From a virus: a stretch of 50,183 bases of DNA. The translations under genes were made by a program, and so were the position numbers. The stretch lies in IMG/VR virus record IMGVR_UViG_3300025325_000003; one strand, 5' to 3'. The stretch's first letter is position 1. The number at the start of each line of letters is the position of its first letter. This document shows positions 16,540-24,861 of the stretch, piece after piece. A model generated the notes under the pieces. The model saw only the letters and a list, made by a program, of their open reading frames with translations. It searched no databases and was not told the DNA's origin.

Positions 16540-17046
16540 TTACTCTGGCTCGATGCCGGCATCTTCGGCAACGAGCACTGCACGCCGCTTGACGTAGTCG
16601 TTCTCGTACGACCCGTACGCAAGCCACGCGATATAATCGCGGCCATCACGCTCGCCGTCACCATAGCCGTGGTCGGCGTCTGCCCGGTCGGCATCTATCT
16701 CAATGAGGTCACCGAGGCTAACTCCATCGAACGCGCCGCCCTTCAGCTCCATCTTCAGCGCATCTTCAAGAGTAACCTTGCCCCCACCACCCTTCTTGCC
16801 ACCGGTCTTTCGACCCTTGCCACTACTCGAACGTGTGTTCGACGGCTCACGTTCGTCAGACGCTACCTCATCGGCCTTGATGCTGGCCTCAATGGCAACG
16901 AAGACAAAATCCCGAAGCTCCTCAAACGATTGTTCGAGACCTTCGAGGTCCGTGGCGTCGAGCTGCCCCGCTCGAACAGCCGAGGCGACAATGGCTGCGG
17001 CTGCGTTCGTCGCAGTCTGCAGCCCTGGTGTCCGCCAAAGTGCCAT
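16540..17046 (-). CDS. Hypothetical acidic protein with a Gly/Lys-rich linker (168 aa)
   Basis: Internal ATG at 17046 is preceded by GAGGAG. It is the first gene of the leftward block. Confidence 0.5.
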   Translation of the reverse strand: MALWRTPGLQTATNAAAAIVASAVRAGQLDATDLEGLEQSFEELRDFVFVAIEASIKADEVASDEREPSNTRSSSGKGRKTGGKKGGGGKVTLEDALKMELKGGAFDGVSLGDLIEIDADRADADHGYGDGERDGRDYIAWLAYGSYENDYVKRRAVLVAEDAGIEPE

Positions 17047-17343
17047 AGTGCTCCTCTCTTCCTGGGACGACATCTCGTTGTTTTCGCCCCTGTGAACAAG
17101 GCGGTTTCGTGCGGGGTTAGTTTATCTTTCGTTGCGGTGCAAGGAAAACGCGTTTGACTGGCCGGTCAGCTTTTTGCCCCTAGCGCGTGTAACGTTGGCG
17201 TATACTCTACAACATGCTATGCTGTAGCTACTACCCGGCAGATTAAGTATAGCCACGCGTGCGCTCCTCTAGTGTAGTGCATTGATGAGTCGAACGTATG
17301 TTCCCACCCCGCATGATACCGCCTTAGTTACAGGGAGGTAATC
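17047..17343. promoter_or_regulatory. Divergent intergenic control region between the leftward and rightward replication-gene blocks
   Basis: 297 bp without a credible ORF. It contains TTTCGTGC at 17105-17112, a related TTTCGTTGC box, TATACT at 17201-17206, and CCCCGCATGATACCGCCTTAGT at 17307-17328, which recurs at 31169-31189. Confidence 0.5.
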
Positions 17344-17721
17344 GTGACGAATAAGCCGAAGCGTAAAGGTACTGACGGAGAACGAGAGGTCCTTTCTCGA
17401 CTTCGTACCGCTGGCCGTACAGTTGGCACTATGTGGCATCGTACAGCGGCTGGAACACCGTGGGACATTGACAACGGCGTACCGTTCGAAACTAACTGGA
17501 ACCCAGGATTCTTTTTGCTGGCAACGCGCGATGACCGCGGTACCTGGCTGGTAACTCTCGAACTTGAGGAGCTTCTTGAGCTCATAGATTATGAGGTGGT
17601 AGCTGAGTCTCCGGTTCAGGTTGAGGTAAAGAGACGTAAGAAGTTTGCGCTACATAGCCTATATCGCCAAGAAAAGGGGACAGTTGATGCGTACAACGAA
17701 GCCGACCCTAGCTCAGCTTAG
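17344..17721 (+). CDS. Putative Holliday-junction-resolvase-like or PD-(D/E)XK-like nuclease
   Basis: N-terminal KRKGTDGEREVLSRLRTAG resembles the kG..ERe....L...G start of archaeal-type resolvases. The rest is not clearly assignable. Confidence 0.35.
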   Translation: MTNKPKRKGTDGEREVLSRLRTAGRTVGTMWHRTAAGTPWDIDNGVPFETNWNPGFFLLATRDDRGTWLVTLELEELLELIDYEVVAESPVQVEVKRRKKFALHSLYRQEKGTVDAYNEADPSSA

Positions 17722-18778
17722 GTCGCTCATCGGGAACCCCGAGGTTTATGCTGTTCAGCGAGCCGACGGCGGGTGGTTTCCCGTTAAAGAAAAGCTGGGT
17801 GTTGGAATTTTAGCCCAACACCTCGCGGGCGAACTTACGGCGGGTACCTACATAGTGCGGCCGCCCGACCAGGCCCGAACACTGGTTTTCGACGTGGACC
17901 ACAAAGATAAGGATGAGGCTGAGAAGATACTGAACAGCGTTACGCAGGTTATTGATAAGGTCGGTCTTGAGTACGGTGTGGAATTTTCGGGGCGTAAGGG
18001 CTATCATGTTTGGGTCATTGCCAAAGAGTACCTCTCGGCGGCCGTTTTGTACCGGCTCGGACGCGGCATCCGCGACGAGGCCGGCATTTCAGCCTTGGAG
18101 GTTTTTCCGAAGCAGGTTGAAGTGCGGGACTTAGGCAACCTAGTAAAGCTGCCCGGAGGGATACATCAGGTTACACAAAAGCACAACGACTTCATTGACA
18201 ATTTTCCGGTACGCAACTCGGTAGAGAAGCTGTTTGCTGCGGCTGAACTATACCCAGAGATTGTGGTTCGGTCCCGCCGTCGAGGAGACCCGGCTGGCAT
18301 CGAGTACCCCTGTGTTTATGCGCTGCAAGAGGGGGCACCCGAAGGCGGACGGAACGTTCACATGTTCCACCTGGCAACCATGCTTCGGAAGTTCAGCCTA
18401 AACGACGAGCACGTCGAGGCCATTATGCGGGCGACCAACGAGAGGTCGGACCCGCCGTTGCCCGATGAGGAGCTCGACGGCATCATCGAGAACAGCCGGT
18501 GGGCCGGTCCGGTGTGTGACCAGCTGAACCCAGAGGTTCACTGTGGTGAACAGTGCATTAAGGCAAAGCATCCAGGACTCTACACCCGAGACGGCGCTGC
18601 TCGATGGGCAGCTGACGGCGAAGAGTTCGTGGTCACGGTACGTGAGCGAGCGGACGACGGCCGCGTCCTAGAGCTAGAACACCCGGACTTCGTACAGGCT
18701 CGAGCGGTGTTGGTTGAGCCAAAGGGTAAGTCGAAGCGTTGGTGGGAGCGAGAGAAGGATGATGGAACCGAAGGATAA
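17687..18778 (+). CDS. Bifunctional DNA primase-polymerase (AEP prim-pol with PriCT-like C-terminal domain)
   Basis: Motifs FDVDHKD (DxD), GRKGYHVWV (sxH) and GGRNVHMFHLATMLRK (PriCT-like). ATG at 17687 follows AAGGGGA. Confidence 0.8.
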   Translation: MRTTKPTLAQLRSLIGNPEVYAVQRADGGWFPVKEKLGVGILAQHLAGELTAGTYIVRPPDQARTLVFDVDHKDKDEAEKILNSVTQVIDKVGLEYGVEFSGRKGYHVWVIAKEYLSAAVLYRLGRGIRDEAGISALEVFPKQVEVRDLGNLVKLPGGIHQVTQKHNDFIDNFPVRNSVEKLFAAAELYPEIVVRSRRRGDPAGIEYPCVYALQEGAPEGGRNVHMFHLATMLRKFSLNDEHVEAIMRATNERSDPPLPDEELDGIIENSRWAGPVCDQLNPEVHCGEQCIKAKHPGLYTRDGAARWAADGEEFVVTVRERADDGRVLELEHPDFVQARAVLVEPKGKSKRWWEREKDDGTEG

Positions 18779-18977
18779 CGCTAGCTGGAAGGTGAACGCC
18801 TACTGTCCGCACGGTCTCGTGCGTTCCGTAGAGTTAGACATCGACGGCCGCTTCGTGTTCCCCGACCCTTGCTGCGAGGTCGTTTCCCGGGCACCTTCGA
18901 AGTTTGCAGTATGGCGAGAGACTCGGCGATTCCGCCGACAGATGAGGAGACTAAGGGAGTGGGTCGATGGCAGCTGA
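18759..18977 (+). CDS. Hypothetical Cys-containing small protein (72 aa)
   Basis: ATG at 18759 follows GAGAAGG and overlaps the prim-pol 3' end. Confidence 0.45.
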   Translation: MMEPKDNASWKVNAYCPHGLVRSVELDIDGRFVFPDPCCEVVSRAPSKFAVWRETRRFRRQMRRLREWVDGS

Positions 18978-19119
18978 ATATGTGGTGCGACTGCGAGTGG
19001 ATTACGCGACGGACCGGCCGTATCCCGATGCAGATGAGCTTGAGTGGATATTAGAGTCGGCAATGGAAGACCGGCAGGGTTACTGGACAGCTACGGTTCT
19101 TGAGGTGGATGAAGTATGA
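18967..19119 (+). CDS. Hypothetical small acidic protein (50 aa), not in the ORF track
   Basis: ATG follows AAGGGAG and the stop forms an ATGA overlap with the next gene. Hand translation: MAAEYVVRLRVDYATDRPYPDADELEWILESAMEDRQGYWTATVLEVDEV. Confidence 0.4.
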   Translation: MAAEYVVRLRVDYATDRPYPDADELEWILESAMEDRQGYWTATVLEVDEV

Positions 19120-19430
19120 TGTTTGGCGCGCACTTTAGTCCGCCACTTGGCGGAAAGCCTGGGCCTCCAAAAGAAGATTGGGAAATTGCTCGAGACTGTC
19201 TTTATAACTCGCACACAAAGAAACTTCAAGGCCTTCGCATTGAGCCGTCAGCAGTTGTTGGGTCTGCTCGAAAGTGGTTTATCAGCAGTGTTGTACGCTG
19301 GCAGTTTTATGACGAAGTTGGCGTACGGACTGCTTCTCATTTTGACAGCGAGGAGTTCGTACGAATTAACGCGGTACAGGCGAACTACGCTAGCTTTATC
19401 GACTACCTAGATAGTTTGCGGGAGGAGTAA
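19116..19430 (+). CDS. Hypothetical protein (104 aa)
   Basis: ORF in the operon with a coupled start. Confidence 0.5.
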   Translation: MMFGAHFSPPLGGKPGPPKEDWEIARDCLYNSHTKKLQGLRIEPSAVVGSARKWFISSVVRWQFYDEVGVRTASHFDSEEFVRINAVQANYASFIDYLDSLREE

Positions 19431-19434
19431 CAAA

Positions 19435-20391
19435 ATGCCGATAATCGGATTTGTGGACCCCTCACACTATGAGAGGTCGCATGCAAAGGCTGGGCGCCTA
19501 CCGAACTGGTATTCGGTAGACGACCTAATTGAGCGTTCGCTCGACCCCAACCCAAAATGGTCGCCGTGGACCTACGAGCTAGTCAAGGCGGTGCTGGAAG
19601 AAACGCAGGACATCAAGGGACGCGGCGACCGCATCAGCGCTACGACGTTGACAGCACCATGTCCGCGCGCTGAGATACTGAAGCGCAAGGTGGACTTTAT
19701 CGCCAGCCTTGACGACCTGTATCGAGCACTACGCGGTACGATGATTCACCGTACGCTCGAACGGTATACTCGAGCGACGGGCATCGCCGAGGCAACCCTA
19801 GTGACGACAGTTGATGGTATCCGGCTGAGCGGCAGTCCGGACCTGCTAACCCCGGACGTTGTATATGATTACAAGACGACCGACAATCCTCCGCCGTTCG
19901 GCTACCCGTACCGACACCACACCGAACAGGTGCAGCTGTACGCCTTCATCGCAAGGCATGTCGAAGAGTGGTCAACTTGGGACACGGGGGAGAAAGTGCC
20001 GAACGGGAAGCTGCCCTTTGACCCCCGAACTTCGCCGGTTAAGCGCGCGGTTGTTGCCTACCTTGGGCCGAAAGGACCAAAACTCATTGAGGTCCAACGC
20101 AAGGAAGAGATGGTGACCCCAACCGGTGCTGTTCGAGAAGCTAAGCGGCCGTATATCTGGGACGATGAGCGGATACTAGAAGAGTTTCGTCCGAAGCTCT
20201 ACATGGTGAAGCAAGCGCTTGAGGTCTACCCGGACTGGCCGGCGGGAGCGGAAGAGCTGTGGGGTGGACCACCCGGCTGGAAATGTCCCGGCCCGCCGCT
20301 CTGTAACTTGCCCGACTGTCTCGCTCGTCGAGACCCTAGCATGTATGCGTGGGAGAAACCCGAACCGCCGAAGCGAGGGAGGAAACGATGA
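19435..20391 (+). CDS. Cas4/RecB-family PD-(D/E)XK exonuclease with a Cys cluster
   Basis: GSPDLL...VYDYKT (D..D/ExK) and QVQLYAF (QxxxY). One N-terminal Cys (APCPRA) plus C-terminal CPGPPLCNLPDC fit a Cas4-type Fe-S ligand set. Confidence 0.7.
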   Translation: MPIIGFVDPSHYERSHAKAGRLPNWYSVDDLIERSLDPNPKWSPWTYELVKAVLEETQDIKGRGDRISATTLTAPCPRAEILKRKVDFIASLDDLYRALRGTMIHRTLERYTRATGIAEATLVTTVDGIRLSGSPDLLTPDVVYDYKTTDNPPPFGYPYRHHTEQVQLYAFIARHVEEWSTWDTGEKVPNGKLPFDPRTSPVKRAVVAYLGPKGPKLIEVQRKEEMVTPTGAVREAKRPYIWDDERILEEFRPKLYMVKQALEVYPDWPAGAEELWGGPPGWKCPGPPLCNLPDCLARRDPSMYAWEKPEPPKRGRKR

Positions 20392-20735
20392 GGCTGCACG
20401 ACAAGAGGCTGCGTGTTGGTCCTATGACCTATCGCGTATGGTCTGATAAGAACGCAACGGAAGCACTACAGGTGGGTAATGCCGTTGGTGCGTGCCAGGA
20501 AGATAGTCTTATCATGCTCGTTGACCCCTCAACTGCCTATGACCGGCAGGCAGAAACGATTCTTCACGAGGCCCTACACGCCGTCTGGACGCAGACTTAC
20601 ATGGACATTGTCTACCCTGATGGAGATGCGGACAGCGAGGGAGAAAAGATGATATCTGAGCTGGCACCGCGAGTACTGTCGCTGCTTCGGGATAACTCGT
20701 GGTTGGTGCGATTCCTACTAGAGGAAAAGAAATGA
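20388..20735 (+). CDS. Putative HExxH zinc metallopeptidase-like protein (115 aa)
   Basis: Contains ILHEALHAV. ATG at 20388 follows GGGAGGA and forms an ATGA overlap with the upstream stop. Confidence 0.5.
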   Translation: MRLHDKRLRVGPMTYRVWSDKNATEALQVGNAVGACQEDSLIMLVDPSTAYDRQAETILHEALHAVWTQTYMDIVYPDGDADSEGEKMISELAPRVLSLLRDNSWLVRFLLEEKK

Positions 20736-20824
20736 CGGTATTTCGATGGGTAGCGATGGCATGTATCGTCACGGGCACGGTGCAGGCGGTTATCGCCGTA
20801 TTCGAGAGGGTGTGGCCTAGGTGA
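20732..20824 (+). CDS. Small transmembrane peptide (30 aa), not in the ORF track
   Basis: ATGA overlap upstream and GTGA overlap with the polymerase start. Hand translation: MTVFRWVAMACIVTGTVQAVIAVFERVWPR. Confidence 0.4.
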   Translation: MTVFRWVAMACIVTGTVQAVIAVFERVWPR

Positions 20825-22740
20825 CGACGCTCTTCATGGACATCGAGACCGTTGGCGAGCCGTGGGACGGCAAGTTACTGCTCTTTGGCTGGGCCCGCGA
20901 CGATGATAATGCTTGGTCGTGGCGCGGCCCCATACTTGACCACGACCACGAGCGGATGCTTGAAGACCCCAACATTACTAAGGTCGCACATACTACATTT
21001 GACTGGCGTTGGCTACGTCTTACCGGCTACGACATAGCTGGTCCACTTCACGACACGCGAGTCATGGCGCACTTGCTGAATGAGAATACTCCGCTCGACC
21101 TGGATTGGTTAACTCACCGGTACGCCGGCGTTACGAAGGATAAACGAATTCATAAGAGCGGCGGAGTGCTCTACTTCTCCTGTGACTACGGGACACGTCA
21201 TCGACTCGACGAGTTTCCCGAGGGGTCGTGGACGCCAAAGGCTGTTCAAGAGCTTGAGGCCTACTGTCGCAACGACGTCGTTTCGTTGCGCTCGTTGTAC
21301 GACGAGTTGAAGCAGCGGCTGCAGGAGAGTGAGTGGTGGGACTACTTCGAAGAGGAGTCGGTGCCGTACACGTCAGTTCTCGTGGACATGGAATGTGCTG
21401 GCATGCCCGTCGACCTCGACATGACCGCTGTTCTAGCAACTGAGGTCCATGAGGAGAAGGTACGCCTCGGTCAGGAGTTGATGGACGAGGCCAAGTTGCC
21501 GGGGTCGTTCAACCTGAACAGCGGGGACCAGCTGGCGACCTACCTGTTCAGTCGTAGCTTTCGGTTACGAGACCGGCTGCCGATGGACCTGGACCCATTA
21601 CCTCCTGACCGAGACTTTGAGGTGACTAAGGTCGGACGGCTTTACATCGAGGGCGAGTGGATACTTAAGGGTCGAGGGCTGGCGGCGACTCCGCCACCGA
21701 AGGACAAGGTCACGGGCAAGGAAGGCAAGCGGCCGTCCACTTCGACACCGGAGCTACTGTATATGCACGCCGGCGACGAGTGGGTACGTAAGCTATGTCT
21801 TGAATATCGAAAGCGAGAGAAGTTGCTAACGACGTATCTCGAGAAGTTTCCCCGCATCGTGCACAAGGGTCGCGTGTACGGACGGTACAACCAGGCGGGC
21901 ACTGTAACCGGCCGGCTCTCTTCGTCTGAGCCCAACATGCAAAACATGCCGGCGCGGGGAGAGCTCGGTAAGAAGACGCGCGCTCTATTCCGCGGGAACT
22001 TAGTTATCGGGGACTACGACCAGCTTGAGATGCGGTTGATGGCGCACTTCTCGCTTGACCCCCGGCTGGTTAAGGTGTTTCAACTCGGCCGAGACCCGCA
22101 TCTCATTACGGCACAGGCCATCTTCGGGGAGAACGTGGACCCAGACGGAGAGGAGAGAGGAATCGGGAAGACCCTGAACTTTGCCATCGGTTACGGCGCA
22201 GGGCCAAGGAAGGTGGCGCAGGTGCTCAGCCTAAGTGGTTACCCGACCACAAGGGACGTAGCTGAGGGCTACCTAGCAGAGCTGCACGGGTTCTACCGGG
22301 GCTACTACCGCTGGAAGGACCAGGTCATTGCTAAGGCGAAGCGGTCCGGTAACGTGCGCACTATCGGCGGTCGTCGTCGCCGCTTACGTGGCGCGTTTCA
22401 GGACGTAGCAAACTGGCGGGCGATGGGATACGGCGAACGACAGGCGGTCAACGCCGTCATTCAGGGCAGCGCTGCCGACATACTGCAGCGAGTGATGGTG
22501 ACCGGCCGGTGGCAGGACGAGATGCTACTGCTCGCGCAGGTACACGACGAACTGGTGTGGGAGTGGGTCGCTGACTATCTGCCGTCCGACGAGCAGCTCG
22601 CATACGTGGGGAAGGTAGCGCAGACGGCACATAACTTTGTTCTTAGCGTACCGCTAGTCTTCGAGCCGCACCACGTTCACTCGTGGGCGGAGAAGGATGG
22701 ACCTGAGATAGAGTGGGAGGATGATGATGATGAGGTATAG
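20821..22740 (+). CDS. polA: Family A DNA polymerase (Pol I-like) with 3'-5' exonuclease domain
   Basis: Exo motifs: FMDIETVG, HTTFDWRWL, YCRNDV. Polymerase motifs: VIGDYDQLEMRLMAH (A), GKTLNFAIGYGAG (B), QVHDELVWE (C), plus SSSEPNMQNMP. Confidence 0.9.
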   Translation: MTTLFMDIETVGEPWDGKLLLFGWARDDDNAWSWRGPILDHDHERMLEDPNITKVAHTTFDWRWLRLTGYDIAGPLHDTRVMAHLLNENTPLDLDWLTHRYAGVTKDKRIHKSGGVLYFSCDYGTRHRLDEFPEGSWTPKAVQELEAYCRNDVVSLRSLYDELKQRLQESEWWDYFEEESVPYTSVLVDMECAGMPVDLDMTAVLATEVHEEKVRLGQELMDEAKLPGSFNLNSGDQLATYLFSRSFRLRDRLPMDLDPLPPDRDFEVTKVGRLYIEGEWILKGRGLAATPPPKDKVTGKEGKRPSTSTPELLYMHAGDEWVRKLCLEYRKREKLLTTYLEKFPRIVHKGRVYGRYNQAGTVTGRLSSSEPNMQNMPARGELGKKTRALFRGNLVIGDYDQLEMRLMAHFSLDPRLVKVFQLGRDPHLITAQAIFGENVDPDGEERGIGKTLNFAIGYGAGPRKVAQVLSLSGYPTTRDVAEGYLAELHGFYRGYYRWKDQVIAKAKRSGNVRTIGGRRRRLRGAFQDVANWRAMGYGERQAVNAVIQGSAADILQRVMVTGRWQDEMLLLAQVHDELVWEWVADYLPSDEQLAYVGKVAQTAHNFVLSVPLVFEPHHVHSWAEKDGPEIEWEDDDDEV

Positions 22741-23158
22741 TAAGTACGGACTTCAGGACCTTCGAGACGAGGTCTGTCGGCTTGAACAACAGCTTGAAGA
22801 CCGCGTAGGAGAAACGCATCAGGCGCAACGAACCCACCACGAACTTCTTGAAGGGCGGATGATGCGGCTAGCTACACGACTTGAGGCACTGGTTGACACG
22901 GCGTCTGAGTCGCATCAGAGTATCGATTGGCTGTCGAAGCGCGTCACAGAGCTAGAGCAGCGGCTGCTCGACCATCATGAGGTCGTGCTGGTAAACGACG
23001 GCGGTAGTCCCCGAAGTACAAGTGCTTGGCCGAAGTACACCATTTACCGCGGACGCACGCCCCAAGGAAAGCGCATTCACGAGATTCGTCGGCCTGGGAT
23101 GAGCGAGGTAGAGTACCACGTTGAGGGCGTGGCGATGAAGGACGAGGAGCTGCAATGA
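22721..23158 (+). CDS. Hypothetical coiled-coil protein (about 142-145 aa; start ambiguous among four consecutive ATGs)
   Basis: GGGAGG lies before the ATGATGATGATG run. The ORF overlaps the polymerase 3' end. Confidence 0.5.
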   Translation: MMMMRYSKYGLQDLRDEVCRLEQQLEDRVGETHQAQRTHHELLEGRMMRLATRLEALVDTASESHQSIDWLSKRVTELEQRLLDHHEVVLVNDGGSPRSTSAWPKYTIYRGRTPQGKRIHEIRRPGMSEVEYHVEGVAMKDEELQ

Positions 23159-23535
23159 ACGACCCGCTTCGAACCTGTCCAACCTGCGGTACCGATGTTA
23201 CTGGGTTGGACTTGGGATTACGCGACTACCGCTGGATAGCGCCAGCTTTGCCAGGACGCATGGCACCGACTGACCTGGACTGCGTGCTTGAGCGACATGG
23301 CCATGTACTCATCATGGAGTTCAAGCCGCGTGGTGCGAAGCTGCCGTTGGGTCAGCGTCTTACGCTAAAGACGTTTGTGCGCTTGGGCTGTGACGTGTGG
23401 GTCGTGTGGGATACAGAGAAGGGAGATTACGTAGAGGCGGGAATAATGGACCGAAGAGGGGAGATTCCTTTTGTTGCGCGAATGACAAAGAAAAAACTAG
23501 AACGGCGAGTTGTGAAATGGCTCGCTGAGGCATAG
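23155..23535 (+). CDS. Zn-ribbon plus PD-(D/E)XK (VRR-NUC-like) nuclease
   Basis: CPTCG at the N-terminus. DLDCVLE...VLIMEFKPRG fits a D...ExK catalytic core. Confidence 0.5.
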   Translation: MNDPLRTCPTCGTDVTGLDLGLRDYRWIAPALPGRMAPTDLDCVLERHGHVLIMEFKPRGAKLPLGQRLTLKTFVRLGCDVWVVWDTEKGDYVEAGIMDRRGEIPFVARMTKKKLERRVVKWLAEA

Positions 23536-23545
23536 GGAGGAAGAG

Positions 23546-23665
23546 ATGAACCTAGAAGAGACCATCCTGTCCATGTCCAACGAGGAGGCTGAGTGGTTGC
23601 TGTACCTCACGAGGGGCGACCTCTTCTACGACGCACTTGACCGGCGGGGGAGGGAGGAACAGTGA
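23546..23665 (+). CDS. Hypothetical small protein (39 aa), not in the ORF track
   Basis: ATG follows GGAGGAAGAG. The stop forms a GTGA overlap with the next ORF. Confidence 0.4.
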   Translation: MNLEETILSMSNEEAEWLLYLTRGDLFYDALDRRGREEQ

Positions 23666-23814
23666 GCTGGGACGGACAAGAATTGCGCATTAAGCTCGAT
23701 GTGTTGGCGAAGAGCTACGGTATTCTGTTTCTCGAGCTTGCTGAGATAGAGGAGCACGTCGCGGGCGGACCGACGCTCGTCTTGTACTTCCGGAAACCAG
23801 CTGATGGGCGTTGA
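23662..23814 (+). CDS. Hypothetical small protein (50 aa), not in the ORF track
   Basis: GTGA-coupled start. Hand translation: MSWDGQELRIKLDVLAKSYGILFLELAEIEEHVAGGPTLVLYFRKPADGR. Confidence 0.4.
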   Translation: MSWDGQELRIKLDVLAKSYGILFLELAEIEEHVAGGPTLVLYFRKPADGR

Positions 23815-24040
23815 AACGCGTATCTACGACTTTCTCTACAAGGACCTCGTCCACAATGACGAGTTACTTCAGCACATTCAAACGTGTATGCAAACAAAGT
23901 CCTGGCGACTGCTATTCGCCGGCACCCCAGCCGCCGTGCAGAAAGATGAGGAAGTTGTTCGCATAATGTGGGTCTTCGAGGCAAAGGAAGAGCTTCTTCG
24001 TTTCTACCTGCAGGTGCAGACACCGCAGCTTAGTTCTTAG
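23804..24040 (+). CDS. Hypothetical protein (78 aa), last gene of the rightward replication block
   Basis: ORF on the operon strand. It ends 1 nt before the convergent tRNA cluster. Confidence 0.45.
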   Translation: MGVETRIYDFLYKDLVHNDELLQHIQTCMQTKSWRLLFAGTPAAVQKDEEVVRIMWVFEAKEELLRFYLQVQTPQLSS

Positions 24041-24041
24041 C

Positions 24042-24113
24042 TCCCGAGCCCCGGATTCGAACCGGGCCCTAGCGGACCACAACCGCTCGTGCTACCAACT
24101 ACACCAGCCGGGC
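24042..24113 (-). tRNA. tRNA-His(GTG)-like gene with a degenerate acceptor stem
   Basis: Hand fold gives D stem GUGU/GCAC with loop AGUUGGUA, anticodon arm AGCGG-UUGUGGU-CCGCU (anticodon GUG), and T arm CCCGG-UUCGAAU-CCGGG. The acceptor strands GCCCGGC / GCUCGGG give only 5 of 7 pairs (1:72 G.G, 4:69 C.C). Confidence 0.5.
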
Positions 24114-24198
24114 TGGTGGACGTGCTCGGAGTCGAACCGAGGTGCCCGCCGGTCCGGTCGTACCGGTCTTCCGCGCGGGTCGAAACCCTTCCACGCCC
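24114..24198 (-). tRNA. Non-canonical tRNA-like gene with encoded CCA (apical loop compatible with Arg-ACG)
   Basis: Acceptor GGGCGUG / CACGUCC (G3:U70), A73 and encoded CCA, and T arm CUCGG-UUCGACU-CCGAG. The D region is a GGGU-UUCG-ACCC tetraloop hairpin. The anticodon arm is an extended imperfect helix whose tip reads G-U-ACG-A-C. Confidence 0.4.
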
Positions 24199-24205
24199 CT
24201 AGGGG

Positions 24206-24769
24206 TCAGAAGAAACTGACCCCAAACCTACGCTGCCAGTACCGGTCTAGTACCCGATGCGCCGCAGCTACTTCGCCGTCGAAATCTCGACGGTTTCCTC
24301 GCCCACCGCCTGGTGCCGGGCAGTTGGGGTCATCTTCTGCTACCAGCCGAATAAGCCGCCGTAGTGCTCGTTCCACGCGCTCTTGGGCTGAGCTATGGTG
24401 CCCACCTAGCTCGCCATACGTGCGGCGCTCGCCCATATACTGACGCAGCACGTTACCCTGTGTTCGTGGCAGTAACGAGAGATACGGCTCGAAAAAGTCA
24501 TCGAGAACCTCTACTGTATCTTCATCTGCGTCTCCTCGTTCGGGCCAAAGGTGTAGGCTTACGTGTCCACCACCTCTACGAAGGGCGAGTTCTGCTGCTT
24601 GAAGCTCATCTGCGCCGCTTAACGAATACGTCTTTTCGTCTCGCCGAGACGGAAGATACGGGTCGTTCTCAAGTCCCTCTCCTGTTTCTGGGTCTCGCTG
24701 ACCCCAGTCTTCTGGAATGAACTCAATCCCGTTCGCTTTACACCACTCTTTTATCTCACTGCGGGTCAT
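24206..24769 (-). CDS. Sigma-70 region-4-like helix-turn-helix protein (187 aa)
   Basis: LPRTQGNVLRQYMGERRTYGELGGHHSSAQERVERALRRL resembles sigma region 4.2 (L..r.r.vl.l.y....s..eiA..lg.s...V.....A...L). Confidence 0.4.
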   Translation of the reverse strand: MTRSEIKEWCKANGIEFIPEDWGQRDPETGEGLENDPYLPSRRDEKTYSLSGADELQAAELALRRGGGHVSLHLWPERGDADEDTVEVLDDFFEPYLSLLPRTQGNVLRQYMGERRTYGELGGHHSSAQERVERALRRLIRLVAEDDPNCPAPGGGRGNRRDFDGEVAAAHRVLDRYWQRRFGVSFF

Positions 24770-24861
24770 CGTCTCCCCCTAACTACGGTGTGGATAGATG
24801 AGACACCCACCATCCAGAACAGTGCCTGTACAAACACGTACAGCATTGTATCAGTTTGCAT
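24766..24861 (-). CDS. Small transmembrane peptide (31 aa), not in the ORF track
   Basis: ATG follows GGAAGGAAG and forms an ATGA overlap with the sigma-like gene. Hand translation: MQTDTMLYVFVQALFWMVGVSSIHTVVRGRR. Confidence 0.4.
   Translation of the reverse strand: MQTDTMLYVFVQALFWMVGVSSIHTVVRGRR

Noticed and set aside
23715-24023. 102-aa ORF on the - strand
   Set aside because: It overlaps three coupled + strand small ORFs with good RBSs. It would also have to be transcribed through the convergent tRNA cluster.
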